A DNA stretch of 64,000 nucleotides, from the NCBI RefSeq assembly GCF_004010195.1, contig NW_025215340.1, positions 24,170 to 88,169 on the forward strand. Direction: 5' to 3'. The notes under the pieces are model-generated. The model searched no databases and was not told the DNA's origin. It was given only the letters and a program-made list of their open reading frames with translations. Every line of letters starts with the position of its first letter. Positions within the stretch are counted from its first letter, which is position 1. Origin of the DNA: Chiloscyllium plagiosum (taxonomy: Eukaryota). Of the stretch, positions 26,901 through 38,900 are shown piece by piece. A program made the translations under genes and the position numbers.

Positions 26901-29900
26901 ACACAGATGCACATTTTGGGAACATGAAGTAACACAAGGGTGAAAAAATTAAAGTGTATTTAAGTTTTGTTTTACTCATTTATTCATGGTATGTCACAAT
27001 TCCTAACTGAGAAGGTACTGACAAGCAACAATATTGATGCAGTGCTATTAGCGATTGAGATCCAGGATTTTGATCCAGTGATGATGAAGGAATAGTGATA
27101 TTTTCCAAGACAGGATTTATGCATTGCTTGGAGGAGAATGAGGATGTAGATGTATTCTCATTCACCAGCTTCCCCCTACTCTTCCAGGAAGCAAAGGGCA
27201 CAGGTTTGACAAGCACTGTAGAAGCAATTTCATATTCCTGCAATACTCAATTGTTGTCATTGTGCCCTGTTGCTGTGGAGACTGAATGTTCAAGGTGGTA
27301 ATTGGGGTGCTGATCAAATGGGCTGTTTTATCCTGACAGGACTTTGAGCTTCTTGGGTGATAGTGGAGCTGCATCTATTGAAGCAGGTGAAGACTTTATA
27401 CTCTTGCCTTGGGGCTACATGGTGGCTCTGTGGTCAGTACTGCGCCAGGGACCTGGGTTTGATTCCACCCTTAGGCAACTGTCTGTGTAGAGTTTGCACA
27501 TACTTCCCATGTCTGTGTTTGCTCTAGGTGCTCCAGTTTCATCCCACATTCTGAAGATGTGGAAGTTAGGTGGATTAGTTATGCTAAATTGCCCATAGTA
27601 TCCAGGGATGTGTAGGTTAAGTAGATTAGCTATGGTGTCTGCAAGGCTAGAGGGAGGGGTTGGGTGCTCTTTGGACAGTTGGTGTGGACTCGATGGTCCA
27701 AATGGCCTGCTTCCACACTGTAGGGATTCAGTTATTTTTGTCTTGTAAGTGTTGGCAAGACTTTGACTCACTCACCACAAGAGTTCCCTACCTCTGACTG
27801 CTTTCCTGGCCACAGTATTTATGTTGCTAGACCATTTAAGTTTCAGATTAATGGTATTTACATGCATTTGGAAAGACATGGACTGTTTAGGGATAGTCCA
27901 CATGGCTTTGTGCATGGAAAATCATGTCTTATGAACTTGATTGAATTTTTTGAAGGAATAACAAAGAGGAGGGCAGACTGGTGGCCGTGATCATTATGGA
28001 CTTCAGTAAGGCATTTGACAAGATTCCACATGATAGAATGGTTACATTTGATTTCCTACAGTGTGTAGGAAATCTACCCAACAAGTTCACACTAACCCTC
28101 CGAACAGTAACCCACCCAGACCCATTTCTGTTCTGACTAATGCACCTAACACTATGGGCAATTTAGTATGGCCAATTCACCTGACCGGCAGGTTTGGATT
28201 GTGGGAGGAAACCAGAGCACCTGAAGGAAGCCCATTCAGACATGGGAAGAACATGCAAATTCCACACAGACAGTTGCCTGAGGCGGGAACTGAACCTGGC
28301 TCCCTGGCACTGTGAGGCAGCAGTGCTAACCACTCTGCCACCGTACCACTCTAAGTAAGATTAGCAAGGTTATATCTCATGGAAGAAAGGGAGAACTAGC
28401 CAATTGGATACAGAGCTGGCTTAAAGGTAGAAGAGGGAGGGTGGCGGTAAAGGGTTGTTTTTCAGACTGGAGGCCTGTGACCAGTGGAGTGCCACAAAGA
28501 TCAGTGCTGGGTCCACTGTCTTTCGTCATTTATTTAAATGATTTGGATATGAACATAGGAGGTATAGTTAGTAAGTTTTCAGATGACACCAAAATGGGAG
28601 GTGTAGCTGACAGCAAAGAAGGTTACCTCAGATTACAACAGGATCTTGATTGGATGAACCAGTGGGCTGAGGAGTGGCAGATAGAGTTTAATTTAGATCA
28701 ATGTGAAGTGCTGCATTTTGGAAACGTAAATCAGAGCAGGACATACACTTTTACTGGTAAGGTCCTGGAGAGTGTTGCTGAATAAAGAGATCTTGGAGTG
28801 CAGGTTCGTAGTTCCTTGAAAGTAGAGTCGCAGATAGTTAGGATAGTGAATAAGGCGTTTGGTATCCTTTCCTTTATTGGTCGGAGCATTGAGTATAAGA
28901 GTTGGCAGGTCATGTTGTGGCTGTGCAGGTTAGGCTACTTTTAGAATATTGTGTGCACTTCTGGTCTCCTTCCTATTGGAATGATGTTATGGAACATGTA
29001 AGGGTTCAGAAACGATTTTCAAGGACGTTGCCAGGGTTAGAGGATCTGAGCTACAGGGAGAGGCTGAATAGACTGGGGCTGGTTTCCCTGGAGTGTCGGA
29101 GGATGAAGGGTGACCTCATGGAGCTTTACAAAATCATGCGTAGTATGGATAGGTTAAATAGGCAAAGTCTTTACCATGGGTTGGGGTGGAGTCCAGAACT
29201 AGAGGGCATAGGTTTAAGGTGAGAGGGGAAAAATTTAAAAGGCAGCTATGGGATAACTTTTTCATGGAGAGGGCGGTGCACATATAGAATGAGCTGCCAG
29301 AAGATGTGGTGGAGGCTGGTACAATTTTGACACTAAAAAGGTATCTAGATGAATACATGAATAGGAAGGGTTTAGAAGGAAATGGGCCAAGTGCTGGCAA
29401 GTGGGACAAGATTAGTTTAGGATATCTGATCTGCATGGACGAGTTGAACCGAAGGGTCTGTTTCCGTGCAGTACATCGCAAAGACTCTACGACTAATTCC
29501 CCTCCCCCATACCCTGTAATTTTGATGGTGGTAGAATCAATGGCGATAATGCCATTGAATGTCAAGAGAAGGTGGTTGGCAGAATTGCTAGTTGGCACTG
29601 AGCATCCCAAGCAAGATGTTGTCCAGGTCTTGCTACTTGAATGCATAAACTGCTTCAGTACCTGGAAAGTTGGGCATGGAACTGAAAATTACGCAATCAT
29701 TCAGTGAAAGAACTCACTTATAGGAGGCAATCTTTTCGTGGGCACAGAGGGCACTGGCAGGGTGTTAAAGGGCTGGAAAGTCAGATTAATTTGGATAGAT
29801 CAGCACAGACTTGATAGGCCGAAGGGCCTCCTCTGTGTTGTATGACTGGATGATTAAGTTTAAAACATCTATTACAATTTTTACTACATTAAAATAGCTC

Positions 29901-32900
29901 CCATTCATGAAAGTCCATTCTTAAATCTCTTATGTAAAAAAAATGCTCATTTCCACACATCCCAACATCTCTGTGAGGTGTCAATCAAGCTGTGAATTTA
30001 GAAATCCATATTGGGATCATAGAATAATACAGCTCCTTCTGAGAGCTGGCTCTGAGGGATCTGGATCAGTGTCAAGGACTCTCTATGTGTAAATAATGGA
30101 TAACTTGGTGATGGGACACCAGCCTCTGTGGAGTTATTTCAGGATGTTTTAAATTACCAGGAAAAGGATGGAATCAAAAGATTAAAATATACATGGAGCC
30201 AATGGATGTATATGAGGTCCTGAATGGATTTTTTTCATCTGAATTCATAGAGAGAAAGACACAGAAGCTAAAGATTTAATTTGGGTTGGTAAAGTTTTGG
30301 AAGATGTTAAAATTAATAAAGAGGTGTTATCAGATGTTTTAGTGAGCATATAGGTGCACAAATCCCCAGGACCTAATGCTGCTATGGGAGGTAAGGGAGA
30401 AGATTGGTGTGCCCTGGCAGACATATTTAATATTTTGTTGGCCACAGGTGAAGTGTCTGATGACTGGACAATAGCTAATAACGTTCCTTTGTTCAAGAAG
30501 GGCACCAGTGATAAGCCAGTTAATTACAGACCAGTTAGTTTGAAATCAGTGATATGGAAATTATAAGATAAAAAAATTCTGAAGGCTGGATTAATCAATA
30601 GTTGTAAAGGTAGGAAGTGATCAGGGATAGTCAGCATGGATTTCTTAATCCTATCTGACTAACTCAATTGAATTTTTTGAAAAGGTGGCTACATATATTG
30701 ATGAAGGTAGTGTAGTTCATAAGGTTTATGTGTATTTCAGTAAGGCCTTCGACCACTAAGGTCCTATGTGGAAGGCTGATCCAAAAAGCTGTTGACAAAA
30801 ATTGATCCAAAATTGGCTTACAAGTAGGACACAAAAGTGATGGTGTAATTGAAAGCTCTGACCAGTGGTGTACCACACAGGGTTCGGTGCTGGCACCCTT
30901 ACTGGTTGTAATGTATACTAACAATTTGAATGTAGAAAGTATAAATAGTAAGTTTTCAGATGACATGAACATTAGCAAGGCTGTTGATCATAAGGAAAAG
31001 TTGCAGGGTACATCCTGATATTGACCAGCTGGTAAATTAGGTAGAGCAACTGATGATGGAATTTAATCCTGGTGAGTGCGAGGTTAGGCCACAAATAGAA
31101 CACTGTGTGCACTTTTGGTTGCCACACTATCAGAAGAATACAAGTGCAGTGGAAAGGGTGCAGAGGAGATTCACCAGGACGTTGCCTGGGATGGAAAGTC
31201 TCAGTTTGATCGACTGGATAGGATGGGTTTGTTTTCCTTGGAGCAGAGGAGGCTGAAGGGAGATCTGATTGAGGTATACAAAATTATGAGAAGTAGACAG
31301 CGTGAATCATGAGAATCTTATCCCGATGACAGATATATCCAAGACCAAAGGGTATAAGGTTAGGAAGAGAAGCAGGTGTTTAGAGGAGAACTGAGAAAGG
31401 CATTTGTTAGAAATATGTTCCATGCTGTCTGAGGGGGTATGGAGGCAGATAATCGTTTAACATGTAAGGGGCACCTGTATAAGTAATTAAAATGCCAGGG
31501 TATAGTAGGCTATGGACCAAATGGAGCTAAATAGATTTAGTGTAGTTTAGTGTTTGTGGTTGGCGTAGACATCATGAGCTGAAGGGACTGCATCAATGCT
31601 CTACGACTCTACGATAATTAGGAAAGGGGATTACAGACAATGGCCTGGAGTTACAGTCAGCAATAAAATGATAATATTTCCCACTGGTCTCAAAGAAAAA
31701 TTATCACAACAATTTTTGAATTTCATCTTTTCTAAACTCAGTTTGAATTATGGGATCCCTACAGTGTGGAATCAGGCCATTTGGCCCATCGAGTCTCCAT
31801 CAATCTTCCAAACAGCATTCCATCCATACCCAGCCCTGGTAATCCTATATTTTCCTTGGTATATCCACCTAGCCTGCCATATCCGCTGACACGCTGGGCA
31901 GTTTAGCATGGCCAATCCATCTAACCTGCACATCTTGGCACTGTGGGAGGAAAACATAGCACCCAGAGGAAACCCATGCAGACACAGGAGAAGGTGCAAA
32001 CTCCACACAAACAGAGGTGGAATCAAACCTGGGTCCTTGTGCTGTGAGGTATTAGTGCTAACCACTGAGGCACCAGGCTACAACTCTGACATTTAGACAA
32101 AGGAATCTGAAGATGCTTGCAAAAGTGATTTCATGTGACAGAGTAGGCAGCCAATAACATTGAATTATTCCAACAGACAGTACGCCAAAAAGTATCATTT
32201 ACTTCTTCAGCTACACTTTTCATTAGATTTTACACATTAGAACAGATCATTGGGACATAAACACTAATGACAGATAGAAGTTAAAAAATCATGAATAAGA
32301 TTTAGAAATATGTCACATCCATTATCATAATTGATCAAAATGACATTCCACAAACATAAAATTAATTTTCCAGGATGATGTAGGATTTTCAAAATAATTG
32401 TATTTTTAGTAAGTGTGAAAAATGTAGTTACAACTCAGTCCACAAGTTGTTAAGTTTTAAAGTTTTTTGTGAAGTACCAGACAGTCATGTCAAATCCACC
32501 AGTTGCAGCTTGCTCAATAAATTTGCATGATTTCAATATGACTGGATCTTCTTTGTCCATATAGCTCAATGATAATCAAGTGCAGTATTTATTATTTCTG
32601 CATTGACACTTGTTAAATTATATGTAAAAAAGATTGAAATGCCCACAATCTTACATGTCAGATACTATGACTGTCCGAGAGCCACTGGAAAGGTTCACGA
32701 TACAGCAAGCACTAGGCGTGATTCCCGCTTGTTGCCATACAATATTCGATATGTTGATACCTCTGCTTTGAAAATCATCTGTTATGAAACTTTGCCAAAA
32801 GAAATGACAAGTTCAGGAGACAGAAAGATTGAGAAAATCTGGAGTCATTTGGCGGTTTTTGAAATAAAAACAGAAGTGCAGACTTATGCAGTTGGTTAAA

Positions 32901-35900
32901 AAAATGTCCTTACCATTGAGGAAATCAGTTCTCTTTGTCCAAACACTGATGCTGATGATTAAAGGCAAAATTAATGTTAGTGGTAGTTAATGCCTCATCT
33001 AGTTGCTGATACCCACATCAGTCTTAGTAATCTGTGCACATAACCTTTAGTCAAAATGTTTTTAGTTTTGACCTAACTCTTCACTTCCTTCTGGAAGTGA
33101 GAATCTACTCTATATTAGGTTTGTTTCAACATCATCTTGCATTTATATGCAAGTAAAGCACAGTACAATATTGTGTTTTCTATAACTAAACAATTAACAA
33201 CTTGTTTTTGATGTTGTAGTATTTTAAAATATAATAGGATTTGGAATATTATACATAAGTGATTGATTATGAGAATGGAAACTTTGTATCCATCTTCCAA
33301 ATTCCCAGCCATTTATAGTCAATAAGTGGAAGACTAAATAAATACTTTCCAGTGAAAAACTTCATGATGATGAAAAGACAACATGAATCTGAAGTGATTG
33401 TAACCAGATCGTTCAGGTGGATATCATAGAATATGAGTTCCCTGATTGGAACTGTTAGGCTGGTCCAGTCAGAGTGTTCCAGGCTGACAGATAAACAGGA
33501 GTGGTTAGGCCATAGTCCAGGGGAAAAAGAAAAAAAACAGGAGCGTCAAGGATTCTGCTCTCGCTCTAGGAGCTGGTTCTGAGGAAGCCATATTTGTGTC
33601 TTTGTATTATGTACGATACATATAAATATAAAAGGTGACTTGGTGGTAAGATACCAGCCTCTGAGGAGTTATTTCAATAGCAATGAGAGAAAAGAAAATG
33701 GTCATGAAGAATTTTGCTCACAACAGTTGTCTTTGAATTGGAGTAAGTATTTCTCGCGTCATGGCATTATTTGGGAAGCTTCATTTATTTGATCCTGCAA
33801 TCAATGGTTGGGCCAAGTATAGATTATTTTCTCCAGGCAAACAACATTGGGGAAAATTCTCCGGACAGCTTATGGATCCACAGCTTTTTTGCTTATTACA
33901 AGCCTAATGTTCCCTGAGGCACCGGATACTAAAACCTTTCAAGAGTTGACAGATTTAGTTAAGGAATGTCATGACCTCAAGCGTCCTCTAATTCTGAGAC
34001 ACCATTGGTTTTACTTGGCGCTTTGATAACCACGGGATTTGGACAATTAACACTTCATCTGATTCTAGCAGCTGCTATAAGTCAAGGTACAACTGATAAG
34101 CACTTAGAAGTGCATCCACGTTAACCAGCATACATTTACTCAACTCTAATTATGTTCATTTAACCTAAGGGTTTCTGTAATTGGGTTAATGTAAAGAATG
34201 CAGGTGATGAAATATATGTGGACTTTCAAACCATGGTTGTTGGGATTTGTGAGAAGAGAACCGTCAGAAATATGAAGGTATGTAAGAGAAAACATGGGTA
34301 GAAAGGTAACAAATTGGCTGACAGATGGAAAGCAATAAAATTAGGCTAAATTGGAACAGTTTAGATTGGAGGCGGATTGGAAGCAATACACACTAATTGG
34401 AAGCAATACACACAATTAGGCTCACTGTCTTCAATAACGACAACAATCTATCTTTGTACTCAGTATGACTCCAGCCAGCAGAGTTTTCCCTCCAAATCTC
34501 ACTGACTCAAGTTTTGCAAGAATGTTATGATGCTATACTTGATCAAATGTCAAATTTGAGTTTCGTTGGTTATGGCATTGCCTAAGAAATGAACCAGACA
34601 ATAGTTCTCATATATTGTATCACTTATTGAAACAGATGGAGTGCAATAACAATTTTGCTGAAAACAATCACCCCACAAAAACAGGCCTTTTACATCAATT
34701 GTCCCACGCACCATTGATATTGCGCTCAAAGAAATGAAAAAGACTCCAGAAGAGTCTATTTTAACACCTACAGCAATCAGTTGCTCTTCAAAGCCCTGCA
34801 GCAATTGCATTTAGTCCAGCCCTTAGAGAAGTCCATTTGTACAGATATACCAGTGTGAGAAAACTAGTATTTCAGAATAAACTCCAAATATTTTCCAACT
34901 ACCTAATTCTCTTTGTTTTGCCTTTCTTAGTTTTTAGCCAGCAAAACTTCACAATGACAAAGACTTTGGCATCAAGTTCCTTTTCGTGACTGTTCCATGA
35001 TCTTATAGCTATGTCATTCATAATATTGCAAGAACACTCTCTTGCACAACTGAAGAGTCTTTCTGTGATACATAACTGGTTTCTGATACTTCAGTCACTT
35101 CTTGACTCTAAATGTTTACTCATTATCACTATCCAGACATTGATCTATTTTATTCCATTGCTGCAGACCTCCATCACAAAATACAAGAGCATTTCTATAC
35201 AAGATGCCTCACTGTATTTTTATCAGCTGCATGAATTCTGAGATTTTGTCAATGATTCTGATTAAGCATGAGGAACCTCTGATTGCTTGGTTTTATCATG
35301 AAGATCCTTTACCAAGATCTTTTCATGACCTGGAACTCTCTCTTTTATAATATATCAGATCTCCTGAATTAATTACTGTCTCGGATGGTATTAAACCTGA
35401 GAAGTCTCCAAACTTTCTCCAAGATCGCAACCTTGATGAAGTGCAATGTACATGCATACAGAGTATTTATTTGTTTGAAACACAATGGAAAGAAGAAGGC
35501 TAAGGGGGACTTGATAGAGACATACAAGATGATCAGAGGATTAGTTAGGGTAGACAGTGAAAGTCTTTTCTGAAAATGTGTTGCTGGAAAAGTGCAGCGG
35601 GTCAGGCAGCATCCAAGGAACGGGAGAGTCGACGTTTCGGGCATAAGCCCTTCTTCAGGAATTAGGAAAATGTGTCCAGCAGGCTAAGATAAAAGGTAGG
35701 GAGGAGGGACTTGGGGGAGGGGCGTTGAAAATGCGATAGGTGGAAGGAGGTCAAGGTGAGGGTGATAGGCCGGAGTGGGGTCCGCTCTCTGCTGTGAAAA
35801 GACCGTTGGCGTTGAGGTAAGTTCTTTATATATCAATCACTTACCTTCCCGACCAGCTCTGCGCTCCAACCTCACTTCCGCCCAGCTCGCGCCGCTCTCT

Positions 35901-38900
35901 GCTGTGAAAAGACCGTTGGCGTTGAGGTAAGTTCTTTATATATCAATCACTTACCTTCCCGACCAGCTCTGCGCTCCAACCTCACTTCCGCCCAGCTCGC
36001 GCCGCTCTCTGCTGTGAAAAGACCGTTGGCGTTGAGGTAAGTTCTTTATATATCAATCACTTACCTTCCCGACCAGCTCTGCGCTCCAACCTCACTTCCG
36101 CCCAGCTCGCGCCGCTCTCTGCTGTGAAAAGACCGTTGGCGTTGAGGTAAGTTCTTTATATATCAATCACTTACCTTCCCGACCAGCTCTGCGCTCCAAC
36201 CTCACTTCCGCCCAGCTCGCGCCGCTCTCTGCTGTGAAAAGACCGTTGGCGTTGAGGTAAGTTCTTTATATATCAATCACTTACCTTCCCGACCAGCTCT
36301 GCGCTCCAACCTCACTTCCGCCCAGCTCGCGCCGCTCTCTGCTGTGAAAAGACCGTTGGCGTTGAGGTAAGTTCTTTATATATCAATCACTTACCTTCCC
36401 GACCAGCTCTGCGCTCCAACCTCACTTCCGCCCAGCTCGCGCCGCTCTCTGCTGTGAAAAGACCGTTGGCGTTGAGGTAAGTTCTTTATATATCAATCAC
36501 TTACCTTCCCGACCAGCTCTGCGCTCCAACCTCACTTCCGCCCAGCTCGCGCCGCTCTCTGCTGTGAAAAGACCGTTGGCGTTGAGGTAAGTTCTTTATA
36601 TATCAATCACTTACCTTCCCGACCAGCTCTGCGCTCCAACCTCACTTCCGCCCAGCTCGCGCCGCTCTCTGCTGTGAAAAGACCGTTGGCGTTGAGGTAA
36701 GTTCTTTATATATCAATCACTTACCTTCCCGACCAGCTCTGCGCTCCAACCTCACTTCCGCCCAGCTCGCGCCGCTCTCTGCTGTGAAAAGACCGTTGGC
36801 GTTGAGGTAAGTTCTTTATATATCAATCACTTACCTTCCCGACCAGCTCTGCGCTCCAACCTCACTTCCGCCCAGCTCGCGCCGCTCTCTGCTGTGAAAA
36901 GACCGTTGGCGTTGAGGTAAGTTCTTTATATATCAATCACTTACCTTCCCGACCAGCTCTGCGCTCCAACCTCACTTCCGCCCAGCTCGCGCCGCTCTCT
37001 GCTGTGAAAAGACCGTTGGCGTTGAGGTAAGTTCTTTATATATCAATCACTTACCTTCCCGACCAGCTCTGCGCTCCAACCTCACTTCCGCCCAGCTCGC
37101 GCCGCTCTCTGCTGTGAAAAGACCGTTGGCGTTGAGGTAAGTTCTTTATATATCAATCACTTACCTTCCCGACCAGCTCTGCGCTCCAACCTCACTTCCG
37201 CCCAGCTCGCGCCGCTCTCTGCTGTGAAAAGACCGTTGGCGTTGAGGTAAGTTCTTTATATATCAATCACTTACCTTCCCGACCAGCTCTGCGCTCCAAC
37301 CTCACTTCCGCCCAGCTCGCGCCGCTCTCTGCTGTGAAAAGACCGTTGGCGTTGAGGTAAGTTCTTTATATATCAATCACTTACCTTCCCGACCAGCTCT
37401 GCGCTCCAACCTCACTTCCGCCCAGCTCGCGCCGCTCTCTGCTGTGAAAAGACCGTTGGCGTTGAGGTAAGTTCTTTATATATCAATCACTTACCTTCCC
37501 GACCAGCTCTGCGCTCCAACCTCACTTCCGCCCAGCTCGCGCCGCTCTCTGCTGTGAAAAGACCGTTGGCGTTGAGGTAAGTTCTTTATATATCAATCAC
37601 TTACCTTCCCGACCAGCTCTGCGCTCCAACCTCACTTCCGCCCAGCTCGCGTCGCTCTCTGCTGTGAAAAGACCGTTGGCGTCGAGGTAAGTTCTTTATA
37701 TATCAATCACTTACCTTCCCGACCAGCTCTGCGCTCCAACCTCACTTCCGCCCAGCTCGCGCCGCTCTCTGCTGTGAAAAACCAATTTATCTTTCTGGAT
37801 ATGACAAACCAATTTATAAACTCCCCCAATTGTATGAGAAAGAAATGCTAAGGACTGAATCTTATGCTAAATCTCTTTCAAAACAAAGCATTCCCGTAGA
37901 TCACTGTTCTCCCAGGTGACAACAATGAATGAGACTCATGGCTCCTCATAAGGCTGCACTCAATGTGCATTGAACATTTACTTACATCATGGCTCTCCAC
38001 ATTGTCTGCAATGACAATTCTGAGTGCAAAAGTGATATATTTAATTAAACAGTAGTGTTGTACATACATTTTACACACACTCCCAATTTGATTTCAAAAT
38101 TCTTTCATCTTCCTTGTTCTAATGTTACAATGACGTGCCACCTCAGTGGCTGCAGCTGAGTTTCCGAAAGCCTGTTGATATGACTGTCATCTTTCCTCAG
38201 ATGATATTTATGACCAGCCTCTATTAAGTCCAGAGCCTAGCGAGCCTAATACTAGAGGTTCCTGCACAGGTATGTACAGGTATGTTACCCCTTGAGCCTG
38301 AGCTGATGGAGATATGTAACTCATTGGCAAAGGGAAGATGGTGTCAGGACACCTCCAATGTGACCTGAGATGATAATCCTTTGTGTTTATTAGTCACTCA
38401 TCCTTCCTTGAGTTTATGATGTACTTCACTCATTCCTTCTGGAGTTGAGGAACCTGAGAGAGGTCAAACTCATTTAACCCCCTCTTGCTTTGCCAACAAA
38501 AAAGAGACAGATCTATGCTTTGCCATTCAGGCCAATGAGGCAACCATGCACTCACAAGCCAGAGCACCAATATTAGATAAAAACTGCACATTGTTCCGGA
38601 CTAGATCTCCAGTTTTGTCAGATGTTCTGTACTTGCCAGTGCAGCTCTGTCAACTAATGTATGGCTCAAGTTCAAAGGCTCATCAAGTACACTGGCCTCA
38701 ACAGCAGTCTGTTCTCCAGAACACCACCAAGTATCAGAGATTTTATCTACTTCTTCCTGCTCTGCTTGTCGTCCTGTGTCACCAATGAGCTCACCAATGT
38801 GAAGCTACTCTAAATAAATTAACCACCAGCGCTAAACTGGTGCAGGATGGTGTGGAATGACTTGACAATGCATCCTCTGAGGGACCAGTCTATTCTTCCT

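Noticed and set aside
32914..33031. Possible exon just upstream of exon 3 (cacag...AATG|gtaagg)
   Set aside because: It contains stop codons, has the wrong length and phase for exon 3a, and shows no convincing similarity.
19509..33676. LTRs at 19509 and 33399 as the two ends of one provirus
   Set aside because: The first follows a pol region (3' LTR) and the second precedes gag (5' LTR). They are diverged and have KHK exons 3 and 4 between them, so they are separate insertions.
35782..37780. 110-bp array (and the 56-bp array at 60170-64000) as a CRISPR array or 5S/snRNA gene cluster
   Set aside because: Units are identical end to end with no unique spacers, there are no cas genes, the context is eukaryotic, and the units do not resemble 5S rRNA, tRNA or snRNA sequences that I recognise.
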